A stretch of DNA of 64,000 nt from Candidatus Omnitrophota bacterium (GCA_903944345.1 CAJARJ010000011.1:3460-67459); one strand, 5' to 3'. Shown: positions 18,732-29,376, counted from the stretch's first letter. Notes: generated from the sequence alone by a model not told the origin. A program made the numbers and translations.

Positions 18732-19415
18732 TTATTCATTCGCAGGGACCTCCGTTTCTGCAGGCTCTCCAAAAGTGAAACTTTGATTATAAGAATGTGC
18801 CTCTCCTTCAGGGTTGCTATTGGTGACCTCCCGAGAAACAGTATCGCCCTCTTTGGCAACCTCGGAATGCTGAGTCCAGGTATTTCCGTCCTGTCCGGTC
18901 AGCGTGCGATCGGCAACAATCTCTCCGTTCTGATGACTGACTGTCGAACTGACGGTCGAGCTCTTGCCGCTCTCATCGGTATAAACCGCCTGGACATCCC
19001 GGCTGCCATCTTCATTTTTGCTTACCGTGCGGCTGACATCTGCTGTCTTACCCTTGCTTCCAGTGACAGCCCCCTGCTGGGACAATGAACCATCTTCATT
19101 TCTTGAAAACGTTCCTTCGGAAGAAACCGTCCTGCCGCCGGCACCTGTTGCCCTGGAAGAATACGTTCCTGTTTTTGTTTCCTTGTTCCAGCTCCGGCTG
19201 GATTCACTACTGCCTTCGCCACGCTCATTCTGCCAAGTCGTTGTTTTTGCAGAACTCCCTTTGTTTCTGCTGACATTCTTTTCAACTGTTCCACTGCCAC
19301 GACGACCACTGTAAGTGCCCGAGGCCGAGCGTTCCCGGGCAAAAGTTAGCGGCGCAGGAAAAGTCAAACACAATACCAGCAAAACTGTCGCTCCCCATCT
19401 TACGGAATTCTTCAT
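18732..19415 (-). CDS. Secreted Ser/Thr/Gly-rich repetitive beta-type hypothetical protein
   Basis: Start MKNSVRW with SD-like AGGGG; signal peptide; repeated TGxxGxT / SxNEDGS units. Confidence 0.75.
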   Translation of the reverse strand: MKNSVRWGATVLLVLCLTFPAPLTFARERSASGTYSGRRGSGTVEKNVSRNKGSSAKTTTWQNERGEGSSESSRSWNKETKTGTYSSRATGAGGRTVSSEGTFSRNEDGSLSQQGAVTGSKGKTADVSRTVSKNEDGSRDVQAVYTDESGKSSTVSSTVSHQNGEIVADRTLTGQDGNTWTQHSEVAKEGDTVSREVTNSNPEGEAHSYNQSFTFGEPAETEVPANE

Positions 19416-19431
19416 TTTGTCCCCTTGTAAT

Positions 19432-19827
19432 TTATTGTCCAAGCGCTTTACGAAACTGTTCGCAGGTTTTCTGATACTGCCGGCTGTTGGGCTTAAGCTC
19501 TGCGGCAAGACAAATTTCTTTGAGACCTTCACGGTCTGTCTGACGGGTACGCTTGAGCAGCTTGAACTGAGCCAGACCGTAATACATGTGATACGCCGGC
19601 CTGGTTGGTTCGAGGATGATGGCCCGGCGCAAGGCATCAATATCCCCGGTCAGTCGATATTCGTGATAGGCATAACGCGAAGAAAAAGGATTAAGGCGCT
19701 GCGCCTGACGGATCAGCTGAACGTCACCCTTGGCCATGCTTTGACGAAACAAATGCTCGGCTGTACCGAAAAAAATCAGCAACCCCAGAAAAATCAGACT
19801 GACCACAATGGTCACGATTTTTATCAT
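19432..19827 (-). CDS. Small membrane-anchored TPR-like hypothetical protein
   Basis: N-terminal TM; A..LNP, AI.LEP, A.ELKP helical repeat pattern; overlaps the upstream gene by 4 bp. Confidence 0.65.
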   Translation of the reverse strand: MIKIVTIVVSLIFLGLLIFFGTAEHLFRQSMAKGDVQLIRQAQRLNPFSSRYAYHEYRLTGDIDALRRAIILEPTRPAYHMYYGLAQFKLLKRTRQTDREGLKEICLAAELKPNSRQYQKTCEQFRKALGQ

Positions 19828-20525
19828 GCCTTGTCTCCTTTTCTGACCCCACCACCACTGTAAAGCACAGTCACCGGATCCGACTGCCAGACCTGACGAG
19901 TCTCGACATCCATAATCGAAAGCCGTCCTCTCCAGCCAGCGCCGGTATCCATATCCCAGATATTCAGAAAACGCACAGGCACATCCGACCCGAAACGCTG
20001 GGTGGGCGTGTGGCCTACAAAAATTTCGCGATAGCTGCCGATACGCCCCCCTTCGCCGGCAGAACTTGCTGCCGCGGCTTCCAGCAAAAGACTGCGATCC
20101 CAGGCCAGAGTCCGTACACTCTGATTTTTTAAAGGCAGCGCCGGATCAAAGCCGCCATGCACAAAGACCCGCCCTTCCAGTTCCAGCCAGGAATGCGCCC
20201 GGTTAAGAAAATCCGTGTGTGCCACCGGCATAGGGCCCCCGGCATACGATTCCAGAGTGGCCGCACCACCCTGCTCCAGCCATACCGATGTCCCGTGCCC
20301 GCGCAGGGCCCAGTCAAGAGTCATCAAATCATGATTGCCAATCACCATCTCGCAACGAGGTAAAGCAAGCAGTTCGTCGATGCAGGCGCGGGTATCGGGA
20401 TAAACATCACACACATCCCCCAGAACAACCAGGCGGTCAACCGCCCGGTCGAAGCCGGAACGTTCCAGGCACTGCAAAAGCGCCCTGAAGGTTCCGTGAA
20501 TATCTCCGATGACCAGTGTTCTCAT
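19824..20525 (-). CDS. Metallophosphoesterase, Ser/Thr protein phosphatase (PPP) family
   Basis: GDIHG, GDxxD, GNHD, FVHGG, GHTP, DTGA motifs. Confidence 0.9.
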   Translation of the reverse strand: MRTLVIGDIHGTFRALLQCLERSGFDRAVDRLVVLGDVCDVYPDTRACIDELLALPRCEMVIGNHDLMTLDWALRGHGTSVWLEQGGAATLESYAGGPMPVAHTDFLNRAHSWLELEGRVFVHGGFDPALPLKNQSVRTLAWDRSLLLEAAAASSAGEGGRIGSYREIFVGHTPTQRFGSDVPVRFLNIWDMDTGAGWRGRLSIMDVETRQVWQSDPVTVLYSGGGVRKGDKA

Positions 20526-21517
20526 CGTATCAGGCGTGCATTCTTGACCACATCCACCATACTCTCTGCCGTTCGTTCAGCGATCACGGCAAAAGCCTCC
20601 ATATAAGCTTGCTCCAGAATATTCACAAACCACCGGCCGACAGGCGACTCATAAAAAACCGTATACTGCTCAAGCTCTTCGTCAGGGAGAGAACGGTACA
20701 TATACAACAAGGACACTATTGCAGAACCACCCACAGACTCGACCAGTTGTTCCCGCATCTGGTTCTTGATATTGTCCAGTCCAGCCTGGTCCTGTTTCTT
20801 GTCCGGCGTCACAATGTCAGAGGCATTGATCGCCTTTATAACAGCAAAACCCAGCTCCAGAGCTACAGCGACTGACATATCTGAAACTTTGGCAGCAGCA
20901 GAAAGTCTTTTGACCGCCTCCAGCCGCGCCGAAATCGGCGGATTGTTCTCAAGGCTCCGGGCATAGCTCTGCAATTCCTCAATGTGTTCTGGGCCTCCGG
21001 CCGCAAGCTCCATTGCGACAATCTTTGAAGCCAGCGGAGATTTAAAGAAATCCCGCATGAGCGTAAGGTTATTTTTGTTGTAGCGTTCCCGCACTTTGTT
21101 CAACACTTCCCGATAAATAGTTTCTGCACTGAAGTTCTCCAGAATAACCTTGCTGACCAACCCGTAGACTTCAGGATTCTTGCCCTCCCCGGCTTTCTCC
21201 ACAGACTGCTTGACAATGCCCGGGTACTGCGCAATCTGCTCTTTAAGTCCGGAGACCGACAAGACTTCGGAAATCAGCTCATCCGCAGCGCTTTCCTGGC
21301 TGACACCGGCATCATCCTTAGCGACGTCTCCCTCAATAGAAGCTATTTCATCGGCAAAGTAGGTCACATCTTCGCCTCTGGAATCAATCTTGATATAATC
21401 TGCAGACCTTTCATTGATCTTGCCTTCTATAACCACTCCTGACTTGAGGGTTACAACTTCAGCAGACACAAGAGCAGGAAAAATCATCAAAATAACAAAA
21501 CAATATATTCTTTTCAT
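20522..21517 (-). CDS. Secreted protein, DUF2059-like helical domain
   Basis: Signal peptide, short N-terminal beta module (LKSG..IEGKI...DEIASIE), FFKSPLA and L..EEL...FYESPVG motifs. Confidence 0.7.
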   Translation of the reverse strand: MKRIYCFVILMIFPALVSAEVVTLKSGVVIEGKINERSADYIKIDSRGEDVTYFADEIASIEGDVAKDDAGVSQESAADELISEVLSVSGLKEQIAQYPGIVKQSVEKAGEGKNPEVYGLVSKVILENFSAETIYREVLNKVRERYNKNNLTLMRDFFKSPLASKIVAMELAAGGPEHIEELQSYARSLENNPPISARLEAVKRLSAAAKVSDMSVAVALELGFAVIKAINASDIVTPDKKQDQAGLDNIKNQMREQLVESVGGSAIVSLLYMYRSLPDEELEQYTVFYESPVGRWFVNILEQAYMEAFAVIAERTAESMVDVVKNARLIR

Positions 21518-21536
21518 AGACACTCCGTTTTTCTCT

Positions 21537-23813
21537 TTATACCAGAGGCTTGCCGGAATCGCAACCAAAGCGCGTATAAACATAAGAGACTCCCAGAAAC
21601 AAGATCCCCAGAGCCATCAGGGTAATAATTTTGAAAAGCAGATCCAGGCCGGAAAGGTCGACAAAAACAACCCGGCCCAGCGTCAACGCAAGCAAAACCA
21701 TGCCCCCCATTCGCTCGGTCTTGCTACCGGAAAAAAGACCCGCCAGCAAAAGAACAACACTGGCAAAACCAAGTCCCAACGAACCCCACTGCCGGGGCAA
21801 ATACTGATGAATAGCCACAACAAGCAAAACAAGGCCCGACGCCAAAGCCAGCCCTGCCTCATGCCAGAAAAACAGCTCCGCCGTACGCAGCCGGGCAGTC
21901 CAGCGGACAGTATAATAAAAAATAAAAAACGGCAACACATTAACCATCACAACGAGACTGCGCAAAAAAGGATTAACAATATAAATCGAATCAAGAACAA
22001 ACAGCGTTCCCGCAACAGCCAGAAGCGCTGCCGCATACACCCGAAACCGCCTTAGACCCAAACCCAGGCTCAGTGCAAGAAAAACAAGCCCCTGTACGGA
22101 CAAGGACAAAGCAATCCACGGCTGCTTAACCAGCGGCCACAAGGCAAATACAAAATGCCAACACGCTGCGAACGAAAAGAAATGATCAAAAAGACGGTCA
22201 AGCTGCCCGGCCTTGCCCTCTTTCTTCAGATACCGGGTCAAACAAAATGATACCCCTGCCGATATCCCCGCCCATATAGACATAAAACTGTACCAAGGCC
22301 ACCAGAACCCAAGAAAGTTAAACGACATGGGTGTTTCAAAAAAGCATAACCTTAACGCAACAGCCACCGCCAAAACATACCCCATAACACGGTAAAGACG
22401 CTCGTTCTGCGTTCGAGCGACAAAAATAAGAAAAGGAATCTCGATGATCCAGACAATCATTCCGGTCACCGGGGTAAATTTCAATGCTGCCGTGACCGTA
22501 AGGGCAAAAACACCGCAAATCAGATCGGCAAGATAAAGTTTTTCCCGACCCAGCTTCTTCATCATTCCGGCACAGACCAGATAAACGACACCAACAACAC
22601 CCACCAACACATAACGCTGGCTGAAAAACAGCCGCATGATCAAAGGATACGCCAAGACCCCATAAAGACCGGCATTCCACAAATTCGTCGCGGCTAATTT
22701 CTTAACCTGTTGATCATCGACCTCTCTGACCAGATGCGTCCCGACCAAAAAAACAAGCCAGTAACAAGAAAGAAAGACCAGGCTGACAAGATCAGGATAC
22801 AGCGACTGTTCAGCCATTCGCAGAAAACCACTGCCGAACGCGGGGTCCAACCCTGGCATAAGCCATAAGTAATGGGCGGTATAGGTAAGTAAAATGCCCA
22901 AAGACAGTATTTCAACCCAGCGGAACCTGTAAACAAAAAACAACACCAGTCCCGCCAGGAGAAGAAGACTGATAACCGTAAAACCGCTTACCTCACCGAT
23001 ACCAAGGGTCAAATACGCCACACAAAGCACCACCGACACCAGCACCTGCGATTTATGCCGCAGCACATGCAGCATCATACCGCTGACCACCAGCGCCAGC
23101 AGGAGAAGATCAATCCCCTGGCTGGCAATGATCCGGGACGCTTCAAAGTGATGCATCGCGTAAGTGGTAAAATAGACCAACCCCCACGCTCCACCGAGAA
23201 GAACCCGTCCGTAATTTCTGAATTGATCCTTTTGTTCCAGACGAAAGCCGGTAAAGAAAAGAACTCCGGCAACAGCATAACCGGACAAAATCTTCAGAAT
23301 CGGGCCGATATATGCAAACGAATAGGTGATCAGAAAAGCGACTCCAAGAACAAGTGCCGAGATACCGATCTTGTTCAGCCAGTTTCGCGCGAAGTCCATC
23401 TCCATATCCGTTTGCGGTCGAGGTAAAGCGGCTGATGCGAATTGCGGCCCGGGCTCAAGCTCAGGCTCAGGCTCCGGGTCTGGTCTGGACGGCAACTGCA
23501 CCTCACTAATTACTGGCGCAGGCTGGGCCGGCGAAAGCCCCGCAATAAACTCTTCCAGCTTTCCGGTCTTCTTCTCGAGTAAAGACAAGGAAACCTTCAC
23601 CTCCCGAAGCTGACGCCTGGCCTCATCCAAAGAAGATACGCTCTGTTCCGGAAGACAGGAATGACTGCCCGTGGAAGGAAGTAAAAGAAGAAGAATGACC
23701 GTCAGAGGACCTGTCAGCAAAGCCAGAAAAAAGAAGCCGCCAATGGAACGCTTTTTCTGATCAGCCAGATAAATCGACACTAAAAGAGATACAACCCATA
23801 TCCATATCAACAT
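21537..23813 (-). CDS. DUF2339-like polytopic membrane protein
   Basis: E.DFARNWLNKIG motif, many TM helices, C-terminal VDLSGL..LFKI. Confidence 0.8.
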   Translation of the reverse strand: MLIWIWVVSLLVSIYLADQKKRSIGGFFFLALLTGPLTVILLLLLPSTGSHSCLPEQSVSSLDEARRQLREVKVSLSLLEKKTGKLEEFIAGLSPAQPAPVISEVQLPSRPDPEPEPELEPGPQFASAALPRPQTDMEMDFARNWLNKIGISALVLGVAFLITYSFAYIGPILKILSGYAVAGVLFFTGFRLEQKDQFRNYGRVLLGGAWGLVYFTTYAMHHFEASRIIASQGIDLLLLALVVSGMMLHVLRHKSQVLVSVVLCVAYLTLGIGEVSGFTVISLLLLAGLVLFFVYRFRWVEILSLGILLTYTAHYLWLMPGLDPAFGSGFLRMAEQSLYPDLVSLVFLSCYWLVFLVGTHLVREVDDQQVKKLAATNLWNAGLYGVLAYPLIMRLFFSQRYVLVGVVGVVYLVCAGMMKKLGREKLYLADLICGVFALTVTAALKFTPVTGMIVWIIEIPFLIFVARTQNERLYRVMGYVLAVAVALRLCFFETPMSFNFLGFWWPWYSFMSIWAGISAGVSFCLTRYLKKEGKAGQLDRLFDHFFSFAACWHFVFALWPLVKQPWIALSLSVQGLVFLALSLGLGLRRFRVYAAALLAVAGTLFVLDSIYIVNPFLRSLVVMVNVLPFFIFYYTVRWTARLRTAELFFWHEAGLALASGLVLLVVAIHQYLPRQWGSLGLGFASVVLLLAGLFSGSKTERMGGMVLLALTLGRVVFVDLSGLDLLFKIITLMALGILFLGVSYVYTRFGCDSGKPLV

Positions 23814-26800
23814 ACGCCCTCCTTGGCAAGCTCAATGGCCATGACTTTCACCCGTTTCAGATCGATCTTGCCGGTGCCCAAAAAAGGAATGCCCTCCACC
23901 CGAAAGAAGGCCGATTTTGCGGGAATCCACAGATTAGGCATCCCCCTGGCTCTGAGAGATTCACAAACCGCCTCGGCATCCAGATCAACCGAATGCAAGA
24001 CAATCAGCCGCTCGCCTTTTTTTTCATCAGGCACTGACGTCACGGCAAGAACCGTGTCGACAACACCCAGAATCTCCATAATATTCTCCTCGACCTTGAT
24101 GTGCGGCACCATTTCGCCGCCAATCTTGCTGAAACGGCTCAACCGGTCGGTAATACGAATAAACCCGTCGGCGTCAATGATGGCGATATCTCCGGTCAGA
24201 TACCACCCGTCCCTGACGACTTCCGCGGTTTTGGCAGGATTGTTCAGATAACCTTTCATGACATTGGCGCCCTTGACCAGAAGCAGACCTTCCTCATCGA
24301 CACCCTTGAGTTCAAACGTATCCGGATCGACCACTTTTACAGCCACACCAGGAATCGGATGGCCGACTTTCCCGAATTTATATCCAGTCTGACGCTCCAT
24401 ATCATCCTCGCTGGCATAGTCAGGAAACCCGACTGTAACAATCGGAGACAGTTCGGTGGCGCCGTACCCCTCAAACGGAGTAACCCCGAACTTTTCCCGA
24501 AAAGCATCCGCCAGAGGTTGTTTGAGCTTTTCGGCCCCCACAACCGCCATGCGTACAGAAGAAAACTGTTCCCTGGTGCATTTTTTCAGATAAGCCGAAA
24601 GGAACGTAGGAGTCCCCATAAGGATAGTCCCTTTTAATTTTTCCGTCAGCCGTCCGATAGTCCCCGCATCCAACGGATTGGTATGATAAACAACCCCCAC
24701 CGCTGTACCAAGAGGAAAACACATAGTGGCTGTAAAACCGAAGGAATGAAAAAACGGCAAAGCCGCCACCACGACATCATCCTTGCGAATATTAAAAACC
24801 TGATAAAAACCCTCAATATTGGAAAAGATATTGGCATGGGTCAGAAGAACGCCTTTGGGCTCTCCCGTCGATCCGCTGGAAAATATGACAGTTGCCGTAT
24901 CATCCACATTCAGCTTGTCACCACGCACAAAAAGAGCGCTCAACAACCGCCCCGGGAGAATCAGGGCCGCGAGGAAATACCAGACTGACCTGATCGGGGC
25001 ACACTGTGCCGCCAGGTCTTCCAGATAAACCATTTGCTCCCGGGCGGGAATGCCGGTTTTCTGCAAGAATGCCCGTGAAGTAATAATCGTGCGCATATTG
25101 CACTGCCGGATACAGGAATCAAAGGCTTCACCGGACAGAGTGAAATTCAGATTAACCGGAACCTTTCCGGCAAAAGCTACCGCAATATTGCTCACAGCCG
25201 CCATGCAGGAGGACGGAAGCAGAACTCCCACCATTTCATTGGTTTCCATCGGACGCCGTCCGGCAGGAAACAACGCTTTTGAAACGGCTGCGGCCGCTGC
25301 AAAAGCACCGGGATAGCCCAGTTTCAAACCTGTCGAATCCGTCATGCACATGCGCAGAGGGTGTCGCTTGACCTCATCAATAAACGCCAGGTGCAATTTT
25401 TTGCGCCAGGCTCCACGCAAAATACTGGCTTCTGCACCAAGTTCCTGTACAGCCAGTCGCACCTCGTGCACGCGGGAGGCGGCAGGCAACGGTTTTCCGA
25501 AAACAACCGAAACCGGATACAACGTCAAGCGCGGCCACTTCCAGAAATACCGCCCCTTGGCAAAGGTGTAAATACTCCCCCAGATGTTATCGAGATACAA
25601 AGGAACAACAGGAGCAGAAAGACCCTTCATAATATGTTCAAACCCCTTGCTGAAAGGCAGCATATTTCCTGTCCGCGTCAGCCTGCCTTCCGGAAAAATA
25701 CAAACCAGCTCCCCTGACTCAATCGCCTTTCTGGCTTCACCCAAAGCGCGTATCAGCGATTTGGGCCCCTCGGCACGATCAATGGGAATGACCTTGAGAA
25801 CCCGACAGAAGAAATTAACTAAAGGCAAGTCGTACATCTTGCGGTACATGATAAAGCGAACCGGACGTTTCAACGCCGCAAGAATAAGAATGGCATCTAC
25901 GTAGGAGATATGATTACAAATTAAAAGGGCGCCCCCTTCGTCGGGGACATGACTGCTGTTAAGCACACGCAGTTTATAGACCGAATGCGCCAGGAGCCAG
26001 TTGACCAGCCGGACCAGTGCTACAGGCAGGATGACAACGATGTAGAGTGACGCACACGCGGACAAGGCCCCCACAATCCAGAAAATCCTGTCAGCCCCCA
26101 CCGCCAGTTGACCTGCCACATACCAGAGAAACACACCAGCTACCAGAGACGCTCCTGAAGAAAAAATATTAAGCACCGAAAGATACTGTCCGCGCTCCCG
26201 GGCCGGACTCCAGCGCTGAAAGAAAGCATTCAGCGGAACGGTATAAAATCCGGCGCATAGGCCCAAAATAAAAAGCTTAAGCAATGCAGGATAAAAATTA
26301 CCGCCGAAACCCAATAAAAAGGACATGAGGGTTATGCCTGCGCCCCCTAAGGGCACCAGCCCCAGCTCCACCTTTCCTTCGGAAGCTGCCCCGGCCAGGA
26401 CACTTCCTGCCGCAATCCCGAGAGAAACAGCCACAAGCAGAATACTTATATGCAGCTGGTCAACCGCCAGAACATGCGCCCCATAAACCAGAATATTCAT
26501 CTGGAACGCCGCCCCCAGAAAATTGAAAAATGCCAGCGCCAGCATACTCAAAAAAAGCCCCCGGTCTGCGCGTATACCTTTCCAGGCACTCCAGGTGCCG
26601 GAAAAAAATCCGGGCGAACGCTGATCGGCTGGCTGCTTTTCACAACGAATGGCAAAACTGGCCCAAAGACCGCCCACGGCCAGCAGACTCATCAGCAGTC
26701 CGATAAAATAAAGCCGGTCGTTAAAGAACCTGAAAAGCACACCGCCCAGAGCCGTTCCAAGAATAATCCCCAGAAAGGTGCACAACTGTATGTAACCATT

Positions 26801-27226
26801 TCCCCTGGACAGTTCCTCTTCGGTCAGCATTTCCGGCAAAGCACCGAATTTGGCAGGGCTAAACAACGCACTGTCCACCATAAAAAGAAACAACACTCCG
26901 CAGAGGAACCACAAATGCCCCGTCCACAGCGCCCAGGCAGATAACAATGCCAAAAACACCTTGAGCGTCCCCATAAGAATAATCACCGAGCGTTTAGGAA
27001 ACCGGTCAGCCAGATACCCGGCTAAAGGGGCCAGCAGCATAAAAGGCAGGATATACAAAACACCGACAATACTGACTGCCCGCGCGGCGCCATCGGGCGA
27101 AAGCAAAACCTGGACAGCATATAAAGAAACCACCACTTTCAGCAGACTATCCGTGAGTGCCCCCGCAAACTGGGCCGCCAGCAAACCGCGAAAAGATAAC
27201 GACGTGCAATCCTTTTGCATAAACAT
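23807..27226 (-). CDS. aas: MFS (LplT-like) + acyltransferase + acyl-ACP synthetase fusion
   Basis: MFS N-terminus (AQFAGA..D, FSPAKFG), NHISYVD and FPEG (PlsC), FSSGSTGEPKG, YGATE and RFSKIGGEMV (AMP-binding). Confidence 0.92.
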   Translation of the reverse strand: MFMQKDCTSLSFRGLLAAQFAGALTDSLLKVVVSLYAVQVLLSPDGAARAVSIVGVLYILPFMLLAPLAGYLADRFPKRSVIILMGTLKVFLALLSAWALWTGHLWFLCGVLFLFMVDSALFSPAKFGALPEMLTEEELSRGNGYIQLCTFLGIILGTALGGVLFRFFNDRLYFIGLLMSLLAVGGLWASFAIRCEKQPADQRSPGFFSGTWSAWKGIRADRGLFLSMLALAFFNFLGAAFQMNILVYGAHVLAVDQLHISILLVAVSLGIAAGSVLAGAASEGKVELGLVPLGGAGITLMSFLLGFGGNFYPALLKLFILGLCAGFYTVPLNAFFQRWSPARERGQYLSVLNIFSSGASLVAGVFLWYVAGQLAVGADRIFWIVGALSACASLYIVVILPVALVRLVNWLLAHSVYKLRVLNSSHVPDEGGALLICNHISYVDAILILAALKRPVRFIMYRKMYDLPLVNFFCRVLKVIPIDRAEGPKSLIRALGEARKAIESGELVCIFPEGRLTRTGNMLPFSKGFEHIMKGLSAPVVPLYLDNIWGSIYTFAKGRYFWKWPRLTLYPVSVVFGKPLPAASRVHEVRLAVQELGAEASILRGAWRKKLHLAFIDEVKRHPLRMCMTDSTGLKLGYPGAFAAAAAVSKALFPAGRRPMETNEMVGVLLPSSCMAAVSNIAVAFAGKVPVNLNFTLSGEAFDSCIRQCNMRTIITSRAFLQKTGIPAREQMVYLEDLAAQCAPIRSVWYFLAALILPGRLLSALFVRGDKLNVDDTATVIFSSGSTGEPKGVLLTHANIFSNIEGFYQVFNIRKDDVVVAALPFFHSFGFTATMCFPLGTAVGVVYHTNPLDAGTIGRLTEKLKGTILMGTPTFLSAYLKKCTREQFSSVRMAVVGAEKLKQPLADAFREKFGVTPFEGYGATELSPIVTVGFPDYASEDDMERQTGYKFGKVGHPIPGVAVKVVDPDTFELKGVDEEGLLLVKGANVMKGYLNNPAKTAEVVRDGWYLTGDIAIIDADGFIRITDRLSRFSKIGGEMVPHIKVEENIMEILGVVDTVLAVTSVPDEKKGERLIVLHSVDLDAEAVCESLRARGMPNLWIPAKSAFFRVEGIPFLGTGKIDLKRVKVMAIELAKEGVC

Positions 27227-27230
27227 CCTT

Positions 27231-27698
27231 TCAATTCAGGGCTCTGAACCATTTCAGCAAAAGAGCAGATACTGTTTTTTGTTCCGGCAGCGAAAGCGTG
27301 TCGGTCACGCTCTTCATGGTCTGCATATAACCGGGCCAGGCTTGATCCAGAGCCTGGGAGCCTTTGGAAGACACCCGTACGACCTTGACACGTTTATCCC
27401 CAAGTCGTCCGCTGCGTTCAATCAGTTTTTCTCTCTCAAGCTTGTCCAGAAGCCGGGTCATATTGGAAGGAGTCACCATTAAACGCCGGCCGATTTCTCT
27501 CTGACTTAACCCCTGTTCTCCACCCTGATGCTTGATAACCATAAGCACATTCATTTTAGCCGGAGTCAGTCCAAACCTGTCCAGATACCGGGACATCCGG
27601 TCAAAAATAACGGTATATACCAGCAACAACCCGTAAAAAGCTTCCTCGTGATACTTGCCTTTCCCTGCCTCTATTCCAAAAGCCTGCAAATCATCCAT
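27231..27698 (-). CDS. MarR-family regulator
   Basis: wHTH SQREIG...NMTRLLDKLE..LIER....DKR; SD AGGAGG before MDDLQ. Confidence 0.92.
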   Translation of the reverse strand: MDDLQAFGIEAGKGKYHEEAFYGLLLVYTVIFDRMSRYLDRFGLTPAKMNVLMVIKHQGGEQGLSQREIGRRLMVTPSNMTRLLDKLEREKLIERSGRLGDKRVKVVRVSSKGSQALDQAWPGYMQTMKSVTDTLSLPEQKTVSALLLKWFRALN

Positions 27699-27721
27699 AA
27701 ACACCCTCCTTTTCTGCCCAA

Positions 27722-27756
27722 AGACTAACACTAATTAGTTGACATGTCAACCAATT
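27722..27756 (-). promoter_or_regulatory. Promoter with palindromic operator (probable MarR site)
   Basis: AATTaGTTGACATGTCAACcAATT palindrome (27733-27756) covering TTGACA; TAGTCT -10 at 17-bp spacing. Confidence 0.75.
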
Positions 27757-27784
27757 GGACAAACAATCTTATTAACGATTCTTC

Positions 27785-28729
27785 TTAACCACGCAGATTA
27801 CACCCATGTTCCACGTCTCCCAGCTCAATCTGCAGGGTAGAATGATGAATAGAAAACCTGTCTTGCAGCTGCTGACTTGCTTTATTAATAAAAGCCTGCC
27901 CTGGATGTCCATCCTTCAGAACCAGATGAACAGTAAGAGCACTTTCCCGGGTGCTCATTCCCCAGATATGCAAATCATGAACATCCACAACACCAGGTAA
28001 AGAGCATAGAAATTCCTGGACAGCAGTAATGTCAATATGCGCAGGAACCGCATGTAACGCAAGATTCAGCGAGTCGCGTAACAACCCCCACGACCCCCAG
28101 AGAATAACCATGACCACCGCCAAACTGACAAAAGGATCGAGCCAGTCCCATCCTGTAAATAATATAACAACCCCGCTGACTACAACCCCCAAAGAAATCA
28201 CCGCGTCAGCCAACATATGCAGAAAAGCTCCCCGGACATTAAGATCCTCCTTACTGCCGGCAAAGAAAAGCCAGGCCGAAAAACTGTTCACCAGAATCCC
28301 AACTCCGGCCACCAAAGAAACCGTAACACCATCAACACTGACCGGAACAACAAGACGACGCAAGGCCTCCCAGGCGATAGCTCCACAAGCCACCAGTAAA
28401 AGCCCGGCATTCACCAGAGCCGCCAGAATACTGGAACCGCGCAGCCCGTATGTGTAACGCTGATCCGGCGGCCTGCGCATCAGGAACGCGGCCCACGAAG
28501 CCAGAACCAGGGCAAAGACATCGGACAGATTATGACCAGCGTCAGCAACCAGAGCCATCGAGTGCGCCATAAACCCGTACATAAATTCCATCACCACAAA
28601 AGCGACATTAAGCACAATGGCAATTCCGAAGGCTCTGCCTCCGTGAAAATGATGATGCTGGTGACTATGTGAAGATCCGGAAGCGTGACTACAGGAAGAA
28701 TTATGAGCGTGGTTTGCCATAAAAGCCAT
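27785..28729 (-). CDS. CDF-family cation efflux transporter (CzcD/ZitB-like)
   Basis: His-rich N-terminus, ADAGHNLSD, HMLAD, HDLHIW, HSTLQIE. Confidence 0.92.
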   Translation of the reverse strand: MAFMANHAHNSSCSHASGSSHSHQHHHFHGGRAFGIAIVLNVAFVVMEFMYGFMAHSMALVADAGHNLSDVFALVLASWAAFLMRRPPDQRYTYGLRGSSILAALVNAGLLLVACGAIAWEALRRLVVPVSVDGVTVSLVAGVGILVNSFSAWLFFAGSKEDLNVRGAFLHMLADAVISLGVVVSGVVILFTGWDWLDPFVSLAVVMVILWGSWGLLRDSLNLALHAVPAHIDITAVQEFLCSLPGVVDVHDLHIWGMSTRESALTVHLVLKDGHPGQAFINKASQQLQDRFSIHHSTLQIELGDVEHGCNLRG

Positions 28730-28829
28730 TATAAAGGATTATCCCTGTCACGACCTGATTTTTATCGAAACTTGATCCAGTCGCCTGGCATCTGCCCAGG
28801 AATAGCCCTGCCGGAGTAACAAATAAAGA

Positions 28830-28871
28830 CGGGAAGCCCCTGTACGCCTTAACCGGCACAGAGACTTCCCG
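28830..28871 (-). terminator. Imperfect hairpin downstream of cheW
   Basis: CGGGAAG...CTTCCCG stem with interrupted U-tract on the minus strand. Confidence 0.45.
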
Positions 28872-28893
28872 CACACCCCCTGATTCACAAGAC

Positions 28894-29376
28894 CTAAGCC
28901 TGGGCAGGCATGGTCAAATCTTCACCAAGAACCTTCTCGATATTCAAAAGGATCTTGACTGTTTCATTGACCTTGCCGATACCCAGAATGTAGTCCGTGT
29001 GAATACCCGAACCAAGATTCGGAGCCGGTTCGATATTCTCCTGCTTGATATCCAGAACTTCCTTCACCTTATCAATGATAATGCCGATAAGGACCTCATT
29101 GAGGTTAATAACAATAATACAGGTCTCAACGGTGGTATCGATCTCCTTCATCCCGAACTTGAGACGAAGGTCGATGACAGGAATAACTTTCCCGCGCAAA
29201 TTAATAACCCCTTTGACATACCCCGGGACCTGAGGGACGGCTGTAATATTCATCATGCCGATGATCTCCCGGACCTTGAGAATTTCAAGCCCGTAGTCCT
29301 CTTTTCCTAGGGCAAATGTGAGGTATTTGCCTTCCTTGGCAAGACAATTGCCTTGCGTGCTTTGTGTGATCGCCAT
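28894..29376 (-). CDS. cheW: Chemotaxis adaptor CheW
   Basis: YLTF.L..E.YG, GVINLRGKVIPVIDLR. Confidence 0.96.
   Translation of the reverse strand: MAITQSTQGNCLAKEGKYLTFALGKEDYGLEILKVREIIGMMNITAVPQVPGYVKGVINLRGKVIPVIDLRLKFGMKEIDTTVETCIIVINLNEVLIGIIIDKVKEVLDIKQENIEPAPNLGSGIHTDYILGIGKVNETVKILLNIEKVLGEDLTMPAQA

Noticed and set aside
23445-23485. GGCTCA-type hexamer repeats
   Set aside because: Ordinary Pro-Glu linker coding in the DUF2339 gene, in frame, not a phase-variation tract
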